DNA from: Candidatus Parcubacteria bacterium
GTDB taxonomy: Bacteria; Patescibacteriota; Microgenomatia; UBA12405
NCBI GenBank assembly: GCA_023396915.1
Contig: JAEWUV010000002.1
Location: forward strand, 3,171-67,170
Direction of reading: 5' to 3'
DNA length: 64,000 nucleotides
Shown here: positions 1-9,507 of the stretch, piece by piece
Layout: each line of letters begins with the position of its first letter
Position numbering within the stretch: the first letter of the stretch is position 1
Made by a program: the position numbers and the translations under genes
The notes under the pieces: generated by a model
Databases searched by the model: none
What the model saw: only the letters and a program-made list of their open reading frames with translations
What the model was told of the DNA's origin: nothing

Positions 1-700
1 TCCGACCTTCACGACCAATTATTTTACCTTTGACGGCATCGTCTCCTAAAGAAATAGTCGAAACAGTATATTCAGCGACATAATCAGTAACACCATGACG
101 GATATTATCAACGATAAGTTCTTTGGTAATTTCCTCTTCTTTTTGATGAATTTCGTCTCGGGCTTCCTCGATTTTTTTAGCCACCCAAGCACTCATTTTC
201 TTTTCAGTACTATTGATAACCAATTGCTTGGCTTTTTCTACATCAAGACCGGAAATAGCCTCAAGTTTATCCAATTGTTTTCGATATAACTCATCAACAC
301 TGGTTAATTTATTTTTTAATTCGGTGGATTGTTGGTCAATGGATTTTTCCCGTTGGAGTAAATAACGCTCTTTTTCATCAAGCGAAGCAAGACGATGAAA
401 AATTTCGCTTTCTTTGGCTTTGGCATCAGCTTCAATCTTTTTAGCGTTTTGGACGATAGCCTCAGCTTGAGCATTGGCCTTAGCCAACTCTTCTTTTGAG
501 ACAACGACTTTATTCTCTTCAGCTACGGGAGCGGGGGCTTTGGTAGGGGTAAAAACTACTCTATTTTTGTCTTCATTTTGAGTATCTTCGACAACTGGTT
601 TTTTAACTGTTTTGTCTTTGTCTTTTTTTGCGGTTGTTTTTTGGGAAACCGTAGGTGTAGAAAATAACCCCTTAACCCTGTTTAAAAACGAATCTAACAT
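1..700 (-). CDS. rny: Ribonuclease Y, N-terminal part (CDS continues beyond window start)
   Basis: Manual minus-strand translation from ATG at 698-700 (GGAGG 5 nt upstream): MLDSFLNRVKGLFSTPT..., long coiled-coil (KAKESEIFHRLASLDEKERYLLQREKSIDQQSTELKNKL), then the KH-domain motif ISLGDDAVKGKIIGREGR at the window edge. Not in the ORF track because it is open-ended. Confidence 0.8.
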   Translation of the reverse strand, partial: MLDSFLNRVKGLFSTPTVSQKTTAKKDKDKTVKKPVVEDTQNEDKNRVVFTPTKAPAPVAEENKVVVSKEELAKANAQAEAIVQNAKKIEADAKAKESEIFHRLASLDEKERYLLQREKSIDQQSTELKNKLTSVDELYRKQLDKLEAISGLDVEKAKQLVINSTEKKMSAWVAKKIEEARDEIHQKEEEITKELIVDNIRHGVTDYVAEYTVSTISLGDDAVKGKIIGREGR

Positions 701-838
701 GAAACCTCCAATACTTTTTACGATACAACTATCCCGTCAAAAACTTTAAGAAACTAGAGAGATAAAAAACATAAGAGTTGCTTAATGTAAAAAGTTTAAA
801 ATTTAATAATTAATAGTTTAATTTAAAATCAGTATATT

Positions 839-1480
839 TTACTGTAATGAGGTTAAATCGTCAATTACTGCCTTGATATCAGAAAATTCGAATCCTTGGC
901 GTAAAAGTGAAGAATAAAGTCTGTTTTTGGCTTTAAAATCTTTTAATAGTTTTTGGGTTACTCTTTTTTTAGTTAAAATTCTTTTAATTGATTCGATATC
1001 ATTAGTATTATTTAAATTTAGATTTGAGATATTTACTCCTTTTTGGGCTAATAAAAATTTTACCTGTTTGATTGATTTGTGGTGATTTTTGGCAATAAAA
1101 CTTTTTATAAAATCATCTTGATTAAGAAGTTTTTTTGCATTTAAATTGTCGATAATTGAGGTAATTATTGGGCTAAAATTAAAATTAGAAAAATATTTAT
1201 ATTTCTGGGATTTTTTTATAAAAAATATTTTTAATTTTTGAGAAATTATTTTTTCAGTTTTTGGAGAAATGGCTATCTGACGTAAAGCATACTCATTACC
1301 CAAATAAGACAGCGACGATTGAATTATTTGGGTAAATTTTTCTTCATCTATAGGTTGGCTTTTTTGAAGAGAAAGTTTGACAACATCATCAATAAAAAAA
1401 GGAAGATAGGAACCGTCAGAAAAAACTAGATTAACCCTATTTTTTATCCGACTGACTTTAATGTTGTTTAGGCTTAACAT
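839..1480 (-). CDS. recX: Recombination regulator RecX
   Basis: 213 aa immediately downstream of recA with overlapping stop/start; repetitive three-helix RecX-like repeats, C-terminus LLRQGFEFSDIKAVIDD. Confidence 0.75.
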   Translation of the reverse strand: MLSLNNIKVSRIKNRVNLVFSDGSYLPFFIDDVVKLSLQKSQPIDEEKFTQIIQSSLSYLGNEYALRQIAISPKTEKIISQKLKIFFIKKSQKYKYFSNFNFSPIITSIIDNLNAKKLLNQDDFIKSFIAKNHHKSIKQVKFLLAQKGVNISNLNLNNTNDIESIKRILTKKRVTQKLLKDFKAKNRLYSSLLRQGFEFSDIKAVIDDLTSLQ

Positions 1481-2568
1481 TATTCTTCTTCAGAGCCAGA
1501 AGAGGCTTTGGTAGTTTGTCCTGATTCAGCTTCGGCTTTGATTTTATTCCAAATATTCTGACGGTATTTGTCAGCAATTTTAGGATTATCCTTGAAATAT
1601 TTTTTAGCGGCTTCACGACCTTGGAGATTTTCATCGCCAACTTTAAAGAAAGCACCTGATTTGGTGATAAAACCGTGGGTAACGGCTAAATCAACTAAGC
1701 CACCGGTGGTAGAAATACCTTCAGTGTTCATGATATCGAATTCGGCTTCTTTAAATGGTGGAGCTACTTTATTTTTGATAATTCTAGCTCGGTGTTGAGA
1801 ACCAACAGCATCACCTGAACTGGTTTTGATGTTAGCAATTTTTCGTAAATCAATTCTGACAGAAGCATAGAATTTAAGAGCTAAACCACCAGGGGTCGTT
1901 TCGGGATTACCAAACATAATGCCAATTTTTTGACGAATTTGATTGGTAAAAATAACAACGGCTTTTGATTTAGAGATAGCCCCGGTAAGCTTACGTAAAG
2001 CCTGGGACATTAATCTGGCCTGAACACCCATCATTGAATCCCCCATTTCACCTTCAATTTCAGCTTTTGGAACTAGGGCGGCAACAGAATCGACAACTAT
2101 AACATCAACAGCATTAGATCGGACCAAAGTTTCAACTATTTCTAAGGCTTGCTCACCATTATCAGGTTGAGAAATTAAAAGATTGTCTAAATTGACACCA
2201 ACAGTGGCAGCGCGAGCTGGATCAAGAGCATGTTCGACATCAATAAAAGCACAGGTTCCACCCATTTTTTGGGCTTCAGCAATTACATGTAAACAAACAG
2301 TTGTTTTACCGGATGCTTCTGGGCCAAAAATTTCAGTAACTCTTCCACGAGGTAAACCACCAACACCAAGAGCAATGTCTAAAGGCAAACAACCGGTTGG
2401 AATAACTTCAATGGACATATCGGCCTGCTTGGCACCCATTTTCATAATGGCACCATCACCATAAGCTTTGGATATTTGTTCCATAGCAACTCTAAGAGCT
2501 TCGTTTTTTTGATCTTGGTTGGCACCGACAACGGCACCTTTTTGGACTTCTTTTTTCTTTCTTCCCAT
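1480..2568 (-). CDS. recA: Recombinase RecA
   Basis: Walker [11 protein letters not shown]2 loop [33 protein letters not shown]. Start placed at the internal Met (MGRKKKEV...); the ORF track's upstream Met at 2595 is a possible alternative. Confidence 0.95.
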   Translation of the reverse strand: MGRKKKEVQKGAVVGANQDQKNEALRVAMEQISKAYGDGAIMKMGAKQADMSIEVIPTGCLPLDIALGVGGLPRGRVTEIFGPEASGKTTVCLHVIAEAQKMGGTCAFIDVEHALDPARAATVGVNLDNLLISQPDNGEQALEIVETLVRSNAVDVIVVDSVAALVPKAEIEGEMGDSMMGVQARLMSQALRKLTGAISKSKAVVIFTNQIRQKIGIMFGNPETTPGGLALKFYASVRIDLRKIANIKTSSGDAVGSQHRARIIKNKVAPPFKEAEFDIMNTEGISTTGGLVDLAVTHGFITKSGAFFKVGDENLQGREAAKKYFKDNPKIADKYRQNIWNKIKAEAESGQTTKASSGSEEE

Positions 2569-2685
2569 ATTTTTATAAAAAAAATTAATTAACAATATAG
2601 TGATAACAGTTTTTATTGGGTAACGTCAAGGTATCAAAACCGAAGAAAACCCAAATATCTGTCTACAAGTGGGTTATAATAACTT

Positions 2686-3564
2686 GTGAAAATAACTTCT
2701 GTTGAAATTGCTAAATTATATAAAACTAAAAGAGGTGAAATACTAATTCCTTTTACAAAAGGAAGAGGGATTGGTTTAATTAAAAAATACAAAAATGAGA
2801 TAGTTCCAATAAAGGATAATAAAAGAATTTTTATTAAAATTTTTCTCTCTAAGGAGAATGTTGTTAATGGAACTATTGATATGATTGATTTTGATAAAAA
2901 AAGAGATGATGCTTACGTTATTACTGATGATCCAAATAAATATGGTAGAAAAATTACAAATTTTAGTTTTGGAGAAGAAGAAAATCTTTTTCTTTCAAAA
3001 GAAAAAGGAGTATTTGTAAAAACAAAAAATAAATATATTTCTATAAATAACTTTGTTGATGTTTTAATTAAAAACCATCTATCTGATAAACTTTTTCTTA
3101 AAAGAAAAATCAATCAGTTAATAGATTATCTAATTAAGTTCATATTTTGGCTTGATAATCAAAGATATGAACCAAGTACTATTTTTTTGATTAAAAACGG
3201 CTTAGGTAAACATGAAGAAAAAAATAAGCCAAAAACTGAAACCCCAGAACCTTTTTTTAAATATTTTTATATTAAGAAAAATTTTTTATTATCTTTATTG
3301 TTAATGTCGTTAATAATAATTAGTACTTTTATAATTAGGTTAGAATGTTCTGACAACCATTTTGGTTATTCTATTTTTTTAAATTTATCTTTATCTAACC
3401 CAGTAGTTATACTGGTTTTTATTGTGTTTCTATTTATTGCTGAAAAAATTTCATCTAAATTAGATAGTTTGATAGAAGGTTTTTACGAAAATGATAAAAA
3501 AAATATTCTTAACAGAATAGATCAATACAAAAACAACTCAAGTTTTAGACTTAGATTTAATTAA
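2686..3564 (+). CDS. Hypothetical membrane-anchored protein (about 200-aa soluble N-domain plus two C-terminal TM helices); very AT-rich orphan
   Basis: 292-codon ORF with a GTG start; Lys/Asn/Ile-rich; C-terminal hydrophobic segments LLSLLLMSLIIISTFII and VVILVFIVFLFIA; no recognisable catalytic motif. Confidence 0.45.
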   Translation: MKITSVEIAKLYKTKRGEILIPFTKGRGIGLIKKYKNEIVPIKDNKRIFIKIFLSKENVVNGTIDMIDFDKKRDDAYVITDDPNKYGRKITNFSFGEEENLFLSKEKGVFVKTKNKYISINNFVDVLIKNHLSDKLFLKRKINQLIDYLIKFIFWLDNQRYEPSTIFLIKNGLGKHEEKNKPKTETPEPFFKYFYIKKNFLLSLLLMSLIIISTFIIRLECSDNHFGYSIFLNLSLSNPVVILVFIVFLFIAEKISSKLDSLIEGFYENDKKNILNRIDQYKNNSSFRLRFN

Positions 3565-3576
3565 AATATTTTTTTG

Positions 3577-3650
3577 TCGGGGATACAAGATTCGAACTTG
3601 CAACCTCGCGCACCCCATGCGCGCGCGCTAGCCAATTGCGCCAATCCCCG
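3577..3650 (-). tRNA. tRNA-Pro (anticodon GGG)
   Basis: Reverse complement folds as a 74-nt cloverleaf: acceptor CGGGGAT/ATCCCCG, D-stem GCGC/GCGC with GG in the loop, anticodon stem CGCGC/GCGCG, loop ATGGGGT (U33, GGG, G37), T-arm GCAAG-TTCGAAT-CTTGT, discriminator A. CCA is not encoded. Confidence 0.8.
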
Positions 3651-3707
3651 CCTTCGCTAAGGCTACGGCGGACAAAGCCCGTTTCGCTGAAGGTAGACTA
3701 TTATATC

Positions 3708-4238
3708 TTATTTTGCTGATTTTTCGGTTTGATAAGCTTTGAAAGATTGTTTGATGATTTTGTAGGCTTGGGTACGATTAAGCCAACCTTTGACTTTGAC
3801 TTCTTTGTTACTCTCTAACCTTTTATATTCAGAAAAGAAGTGAACTAATTCTTTTAAGAAATGTTCATCCACATCACTAAGTTTTTGAATGTGGTCGTAA
3901 TTGGGGTTTTTACTGGGAACTGCCAGGATCTTTTCATCTTCACCTTTTTCATCTGACATAATCAAGACACCGATTGGGCGAACTTCGACCAAACAACCCG
4001 GAAAAACCGGATAATTAGTGATTATCATGATATCAAGATGGTCACCGTCTTTTGATTTTGTTTGGGGAACGAAACCATAATCAACCGGATAATGCATTGG
4101 GGAATGTAAAGTTCTGTCAAGTTTAATAATATGTAAATTTTCGTCGTATTCATATTTATTGTGAGTATCTTTGGGAATTTCAACAATAACATTGATTATT
4201 TTAGGTGAGTTATCACCAATAGGAATGTCTGACATCAT
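3708..4238 (-). CDS. ppa: Inorganic pyrophosphatase (family I)
   Basis: 176 aa; EIPKDTHNKYEYDE, DGDHLDIMI, YGFVPQT motifs. Confidence 0.9.
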   Translation of the reverse strand: MMSDIPIGDNSPKIINVIVEIPKDTHNKYEYDENLHIIKLDRTLHSPMHYPVDYGFVPQTKSKDGDHLDIMIITNYPVFPGCLVEVRPIGVLIMSDEKGEDEKILAVPSKNPNYDHIQKLSDVDEHFLKELVHFFSEYKRLESNKEVKVKGWLNRTQAYKIIKQSFKAYQTEKSAK

Positions 4239-4288
4239 AGTTGTTAATTATAACTCAAAATTAGTTTATATTCGTTTATAATAAGACC

Positions 4289-5239
4289 ATGGCAGTGAAA
4301 TTTGGACCAAGTGATTTACTAAGAAACGAACATTTTTTAGTGTTGAAAAAAGAAAGTAGAAAAACCAGTAAAGGGGATGTTTACTATCAACTACAATTAT
4401 CAAACAAAGACGGAATAATTGAGGCAAAAATTTGGAATAATAATATTCCAATGTGTAATTTGGAGCAAGGTAAAGTAATTGAGCTTGACGGAAAAACCCA
4501 AGAATACAACGGAAATATCAGTATAATTATTGACAGTTGTCGGATAGTAAATAATGAAGAAGTGATAGATTATTCCCCTATTACCAGGACGATGGTTTTT
4601 GATATCGAAACAATAGGGAAAAAGTTTGAAGAATTAGACGAAGTGGAACAAGATTATTTATTAAATAATCTGGAAAGAAATACCGAAGACAAAGAAGAGG
4701 CTAAAAAGAAAACTGGATTGTATTCAATTTTTGGAAAAGTGTGTGCCATTGGTGCTTATAATCCGGGTTCTGAAAAAGGGATGGTATTGCTTTTGGGGGA
4801 AAAAGAATTGAAACCGGAAAAAGAAAATTATACTTACAAAATCTTTGAAAACGAAAAAGATTTATTAATTGAATTTTGGAAAATTGCCAAAGAGTATGAG
4901 TTGTTTGTTACCTATAATGGTGATAATTTTGATTTTCCCTATTTAATAATCAGATCAGGAATTAATCGGGTAAAAGTTCCTTTTGAAGTGAAAAGATGGG
5001 GGTCGGAAAAATTTATTGATTTGTTTAATTTAATTAAGCAAAGTCATGGGTTTAAACTAGAAATGGTTTGTAAGGCGTTTGGAATTGAAAACCCAAAAGA
5101 AGAAGGGGTTCACGGAGGAGATGTAAATGAATTGTTTTACAATAAAGATTTTCAAAAAATTGCTGATTATGTGGCTAGAGATGCTTATTCAACGGCTCAA
5201 TTATATTTGGTATGGAAGGAATATATGAGCGGAAACTAA
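4289..5239 (+). CDS. OB-fold domain fused to a PolB-type DEDDy 3'-5' exonuclease (RNase H-like)
   Basis: N-terminal OB-like region (VYYQLQLSNKDGIIEAKIWNNN...). Exo I VFDIETIG, Exo II YNGDNFDFPYL, Exo III YVARDAYSTAQLY. TATAAT ends 6 nt before the ATG. Confidence 0.6.
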   Translation: MAVKFGPSDLLRNEHFLVLKKESRKTSKGDVYYQLQLSNKDGIIEAKIWNNNIPMCNLEQGKVIELDGKTQEYNGNISIIIDSCRIVNNEEVIDYSPITRTMVFDIETIGKKFEELDEVEQDYLLNNLERNTEDKEEAKKKTGLYSIFGKVCAIGAYNPGSEKGMVLLLGEKELKPEKENYTYKIFENEKDLLIEFWKIAKEYELFVTYNGDNFDFPYLIIRSGINRVKVPFEVKRWGSEKFIDLFNLIKQSHGFKLEMVCKAFGIENPKEEGVHGGDVNELFYNKDFQKIADYVARDAYSTAQLYLVWKEYMSGN

Positions 5240-5396
5240 TTAGATTTATGAAAAATGATAAAGATAAAAAATATAAATTAGAATTGGAAGTGGTGGAGTT
5301 GCCAGTACAGTCTCAACCTCAGAGAATGGCAAAAATTGCTAAAAAAAGTTTACAAAAAATGATACTTAATAAAATAGACGGAAAAATGGGTGAGTG

Positions 5397-6125
5397 TTAA
5401 AGAATAAAGAAAAGAATTAAGGCTAGTGTTATTACATATACGCCAAAAACCCAGAATTTTTTGTTGAGGGTGATTTTTTGAAAAATAGACAGAACGAAAT
5501 AACCAACTAAGAAAGTGCCTATAAAAGCAATGAGACTATTTAAAGTAAAAAAGTTTGATGAGGCAATATCTTTTAGGCCAAGAATGACGGCACCGGCAGT
5601 GGCCGGAATAAAAAGACTGAATGAAAAATTAAAAGCATTTTGAGGAGATAATCCCAATAGTAAGGCGGAAAAAATAGTACACCCGGAACGGGAAACACCA
5701 GGAAGAATAGCTAAAGCCTGAAAAATACCAATAATAAAAGCAGAAAGATAGTTTATCGGTTTATTTTTGGATTTGATAAATTTGGTAGAAAAAACTAGAA
5801 AACCAGTAAGTAAAAAGAAAAATGGTAGAAGTTGAGGTAAGGCTGTAAGAGATTCGATTTGGTCTTTGAATAAAATACCGATAATGGCAGCCGGGATGGA
5901 GCCAATAATAATATATTTTAAATTGTCAAAAAAATATTTGATTTGATGACGAAAAAAGAAAACTACAGAAATAAATGTAGCGGCATGAAGAAAAATATCA
6001 AAGTCCAAGGAAGGAGTTAATTTAAAAAAATGTTGGAATAAGTTGAGATGACCGTCGGAAGAAATTGGTAAAAATTCACTAACGGCTTGAATAATACCTA
6101 AAGTGATTGATTGGATTAAAGTCAT
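5397..6125 (-). CDS. uppP: Undecaprenyl-diphosphatase UppP/BacA
   Basis: 242 aa polytopic membrane protein; LGIIQAVSEFLPISSDGHL and PGVSRSG motifs. Confidence 0.85.
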   Translation of the reverse strand: MTLIQSITLGIIQAVSEFLPISSDGHLNLFQHFFKLTPSLDFDIFLHAATFISVVFFFRHQIKYFFDNLKYIIIGSIPAAIIGILFKDQIESLTALPQLLPFFFLLTGFLVFSTKFIKSKNKPINYLSAFIIGIFQALAILPGVSRSGCTIFSALLLGLSPQNAFNFSFSLFIPATAGAVILGLKDIASSNFFTLNSLIAFIGTFLVGYFVLSIFQKITLNKKFWVFGVYVITLALILFFIL

Positions 6126-6140
6126 GAGTTAATTATAACT

Positions 6141-6166
6141 AAAAATCCCGCCGGAGGGCGGGATTT
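6141..6166 (-). terminator. Rho-independent terminator downstream of rpsI
   Basis: Perfect hairpin aaatCCCGCC-ggag-GGCGGGattt with an A-run on plus, giving a U-run on the minus transcript; lies between the rpsI stop and the uppP start. Confidence 0.6.
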
Positions 6167-6188
6167 GAAATACAATATAAAATGAAAA

Positions 6189-6596
6189 TTAGCGCTTTGG
6201 AGATTGCTTTTGACGTCGGGCCTTACCACCGGTACCAACCATACGACGTTCTTTGATACGAGAATCGACAGTCAAAAGACCATTAGCACGAAGATTGGTC
6301 TTAAAACTTTCGTTGATTTTTACCAAACAACGAGAAATAGCTAGGCTTAACGCTTGAACTTGTCCGGTCTTTCCCCCACCAACAATTTTTGCTTGGAGGT
6401 AATATTTATCCGTAGTTTTAGTGATTTCAAAAGGTTTTTGATAAACTATTTTTTCAGTTTTGGTAGGGAAATATTTTTCCAAAGAAATTTCATTTACAAC
6501 AGAATCTCCTTTACCGGAAAATAACTTGACATTAGCAATAGCACTTTTACGTCGACCAACTGAATGAGTGTATGTTTTTTTTGATGAGGTAGCCAT
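6189..6596 (-). CDS. rpsI: 30S ribosomal protein S9
   Basis: C-terminus GGGKTGQ...RRQKQSPKR. Confidence 0.95.
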   Translation of the reverse strand: MATSSKKTYTHSVGRRKSAIANVKLFSGKGDSVVNEISLEKYFPTKTEKIVYQKPFEITKTTDKYYLQAKIVGGGKTGQVQALSLAISRCLVKINESFKTNLRANGLLTVDSRIKERRMVGTGGKARRQKQSPKR

Positions 6597-6600
6597 ATAT

Positions 6601-7017
6601 TTATTTATTTAATTTGTCAGCATAAGGGTGATCATTGCCAACAAAGACTTTTAAACGGGTAATTCGGCGATCACGAAGTTTGTTTTTTGGAAGCATACCA
6701 TAAACCCCATGGATAATAACTTGCCTTGGGTCTTTTTGAAGCATTTCTTTTAAAGAAAGCTCCTTTAAGCCTCCTGACCAGTGAGTGTGGTGACGATAAA
6801 TTTTGTCTTTGAGTTTTTTACCGGTGACTTTAATTTCAGCAGAATTTATAGCAACTACATAATCACCATCATCCCGATGATAAGAAAAAGTAGGATTACT
6901 TTTACCCATTAAAATTTGAGCGATTTGAGTGCAAACCCTACCTAGTGTTTGGCCGGAAAGATCAACTAAATGCCAGTTTCTGGTTGTTTGGTTTCCTTTG
7001 GTAACAATTGTTTTCAT
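6601..7017 (-). CDS. rplM: 50S ribosomal protein L13
   Basis: 138 aa; NWHLVDLSGQTLGR. Confidence 0.95.
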   Translation of the reverse strand: MKTIVTKGNQTTRNWHLVDLSGQTLGRVCTQIAQILMGKSNPTFSYHRDDGDYVVAINSAEIKVTGKKLKDKIYRHHTHWSGGLKELSLKEMLQKDPRQVIIHGVYGMLPKNKLRDRRITRLKVFVGNDHPYADKLNK

Positions 7018-7472
7018 TATTTAGTCTCCTTTTTGTTTGATTTTTTTGAATCTTTTTTGATAGTAGGTTTAGTTTTTTCGATTACTTTTTTGGCTTTTTT
7101 AATTTCAAATTTTACTGGTTTAACAAAACTCAATTTAACGATTAGAGAATCATCACCAAACCGTTTTTTGATTTTTGAGACTTGGGTAAAGTTACTAACT
7201 TGGCCAGAAAAAGTTTCTTTTAAAGTTTTAACAACATTATTAACCCAAGCTTGATTTTGAAGAGTCTTGAACAGCTCGTGTTTTGCTGTGAGCTCTGGTT
7301 TGGTTAAAATAATGGTTGATAAAGATTCTATTTTAGGAATAACCAACTCGGCTTTTGCCTTGGTTGTTTGAATAGAACCGTGGATAAAAATAGCTTTAGT
7401 CAAAGAACGAATAAGGGCTTGACGTTCATTGTGGGTTCGACCAAGCTTTTTACCAAAAATACGATGTCTCAT
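7017..7472 (-). CDS. rplQ: 50S ribosomal protein L17 (Lys-rich C-terminal extension)
   Basis: MRHRIFGKKLGRTHNERQALIRSL; position after rpoA. Confidence 0.9.
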   Translation of the reverse strand: MRHRIFGKKLGRTHNERQALIRSLTKAIFIHGSIQTTKAKAELVIPKIESLSTIILTKPELTAKHELFKTLQNQAWVNNVVKTLKETFSGQVSNFTQVSKIKKRFGDDSLIVKLSFVKPVKFEIKKAKKVIEKTKPTIKKDSKKSNKKETK

Positions 7473-7487
7473 AAAATTTATAAAGGC

Positions 7488-8405
7488 TTATTTCCAGGCA
7501 AAACCTTTTTCAGTTAACCATGAATCAATAATTTTAAGTGATTTTTCACCAACATTTTTGGATTTGCTGACTTCAAGACGACCTGCCTTGATAAGAGTAT
7601 CAATAGTTGGATAACCGGCTTTTTTTAGGGCATTGGTAACTCGCAAAGGAAGTTCAATCTCTTCGACAGAGATATCGCTACCGTTTAAAGTAAGACCAGT
7701 ATCGATAGTAACCACTTCTTCTTCAAATTCTTTTGGGTCAACAATTTGACTAAGAGATTTAATTAAATCTTTGGCGGCCATTTTTAAGGCATAAAGAGGG
7801 TCAATTGATCCATCGGTCCAAATTTCCATAATTAAGTTGTCATAATCAGATTTTTTACCCAAACGAGTTGGTTCAACAGAATAATTTGCTTTGGTAATAG
7901 GAGTAAAAGTAGCATCGAGGATAATTTCTCCAACAACATCAGTCTTTTGCTCTTTGGCCATGGTGTAGCCAACACCTTTTTCGACAGTCATTTCCATTTT
8001 TAAAACGGATTTTGAGTCAGTTAGGGTAGCGATTATTTGATCAGGATTGGCAACTTTACAAACATTATTATCACTAATGTCGGCAGCAGTAATAACCCCA
8101 GTACCTTTTTTCTCTAAACTAAGAATAATAGGATCTTCTCCGGAATAATTAAATTTAACTTTCTTAAGATTTAAGGAGATTTCAACTAAATCTTCTTTGA
8201 CACCGGGTAAGGTAGTAAAAAGATGATTGGCACCATCAATACGAATACGAGTAATAGCAGCTCCAGGGATAGTTACCAATAAAACTCGGCGAAGACTATT
8301 ACCTAAAGTATGGCCAAAACCGCCAACTAACGGACGGAGTTCAAATTTACCATAGGTGTTGGTAGATTTGATTGTGTTTATATTGAACTTATTAGTATCA
8401 ACCAT
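7488..8405 (-). CDS. rpoA: DNA-directed RNA polymerase subunit alpha
   Basis: GFGHTLGNSLRRVLL. Start set at the internal Met (MVDTNKF...), which is preceded by AAAGGAG and avoids overlap with rpsD; the ORF-track start is 8438. Confidence 0.9.
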   Translation of the reverse strand: MVDTNKFNINTIKSTNTYGKFELRPLVGGFGHTLGNSLRRVLLVTIPGAAITRIRIDGANHLFTTLPGVKEDLVEISLNLKKVKFNYSGEDPIILSLEKKGTGVITAADISDNNVCKVANPDQIIATLTDSKSVLKMEMTVEKGVGYTMAKEQKTDVVGEIILDATFTPITKANYSVEPTRLGKKSDYDNLIMEIWTDGSIDPLYALKMAAKDLIKSLSQIVDPKEFEEEVVTIDTGLTLNGSDISVEEIELPLRVTNALKKAGYPTIDTLIKAGRLEVSKSKNVGEKSLKIIDSWLTEKGFAWK

Positions 8406-8418
8406 AAGATTCTCCTTT

Positions 8419-9048
8419 TTATCTTGAATAATATTCAATTATTAAATTAACGTCAATATCATTGCCGACTTCCTCGACGAGAGGTTGAGCAATAACTTTG
8501 ACAGAAAGACTTTTTTTGTTAAGATCCAACCATGTTTTGGTTTTAAAATCAGATTCGTTACAAGGAATTTCTCCAATTTTTTCTATGATTTTTTTATCAA
8601 GAGTAATAATATCATTTAATTTAACTTGGTAAGATGGAACATTAAGAACCTTGTCGTTAATTAAAACGTGTTTATGACTAATTAATTGCTTGGCTGAAGA
8701 ACGAGAGAGCGAAAGACCACTTAGATATAAAACGTTATCGAGTCTTTTTTCGAGTAAAACGAGTAAGTTATCCCCAACTAAACCTTTTAAGGTTTTAGCT
8801 TTAAGGTAATAATTTTTGAATTGTGTCTCTTGAACACCATAAATACGTTTGGCTTTTTGCTTAGCTTTTAATTGGATAGCATAATCAGTAGGTTTGGAAC
8901 TAGATTTGATACCATGCATACCAGGCTTAACGGCCCCTTTCTTTTCGATAGGACATTTAGCCGAATAACAACGTACCCCTTTTAAGTAAAGTTTATTACC
9001 AGCGGCTCGGCATAAACGGCATTTGGCATCTAGTGTAATTCTTGACAT
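8419..9048 (-). CDS. rpsD: 30S ribosomal protein S4 (N-terminal Cys4 zinc motif)
   Basis: CRLCRAAGNKLYLKGVRCYSAKC; S4 domain. Confidence 0.95.
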   Translation of the reverse strand: MSRITLDAKCRLCRAAGNKLYLKGVRCYSAKCPIEKKGAVKPGMHGIKSSSKPTDYAIQLKAKQKAKRIYGVQETQFKNYYLKAKTLKGLVGDNLLVLLEKRLDNVLYLSGLSLSRSSAKQLISHKHVLINDKVLNVPSYQVKLNDIITLDKKIIEKIGEIPCNESDFKTKTWLDLNKKSLSVKVIAQPLVEEVGNDIDVNLIIEYYSR

Positions 9049-9096
9049 TGTTTAGTAATTAGCTAATAGCTTTTAGTAAATAGTAATTGATAATAA

Positions 9097-9504
9097 TTAA
9101 ACTCTCCTCTGTTTTGGAGGGCGAGGTCCATTGTGTGGGATAGGGGTGATATCGACAATCTTGTCGACGTCAAAATCTCTTTTGGAACGTAAAAAACGTA
9201 AAGCGGCATCACGTCCAACTCCTGGTCCTTTAAGATAGACTTCTAATTTTTTAATACCATGTTTTTTGGATTCTTCTAGGGCTTTTTCGATGGCAGTAGT
9301 AGCAGCAAATGGAGTAGATTTACGAGAACCTTTGAATCCACAATTACCAGCACTAGACCAAGTTAAAACTTTTCCTTTTTGGTCAGTAACGCTAACTAAA
9401 GTATTGTTGAAAGTCGATTTTACATAAAGTCGGCCTTCAGCAACATTTTTAAAGGTTTTCTTTTTGTTGGTAGTTATTTTTGTTTGTTGATTATTTTCAG
9501 CCAT
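9097..9504 (-). CDS. rpsK: 30S ribosomal protein S11
   Basis: 135 aa; GRLYVKSTFNNTLVSVTD. Confidence 0.95.
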   Translation of the reverse strand: MAENNQQTKITTNKKKTFKNVAEGRLYVKSTFNNTLVSVTDQKGKVLTWSSAGNCGFKGSRKSTPFAATTAIEKALEESKKHGIKKLEVYLKGPGVGRDAALRFLRSKRDFDVDKIVDITPIPHNGPRPPKQRRV

Positions 9505-9507
9505 AGT

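Noticed and set aside
5212-5400. 62-aa plus-strand ORF between the exonuclease and uppP
   Set aside because: It overlaps both neighbours, is Lys-rich and low-complexity, and has no start-signal or motif support. It is probably a convergent intergenic region.
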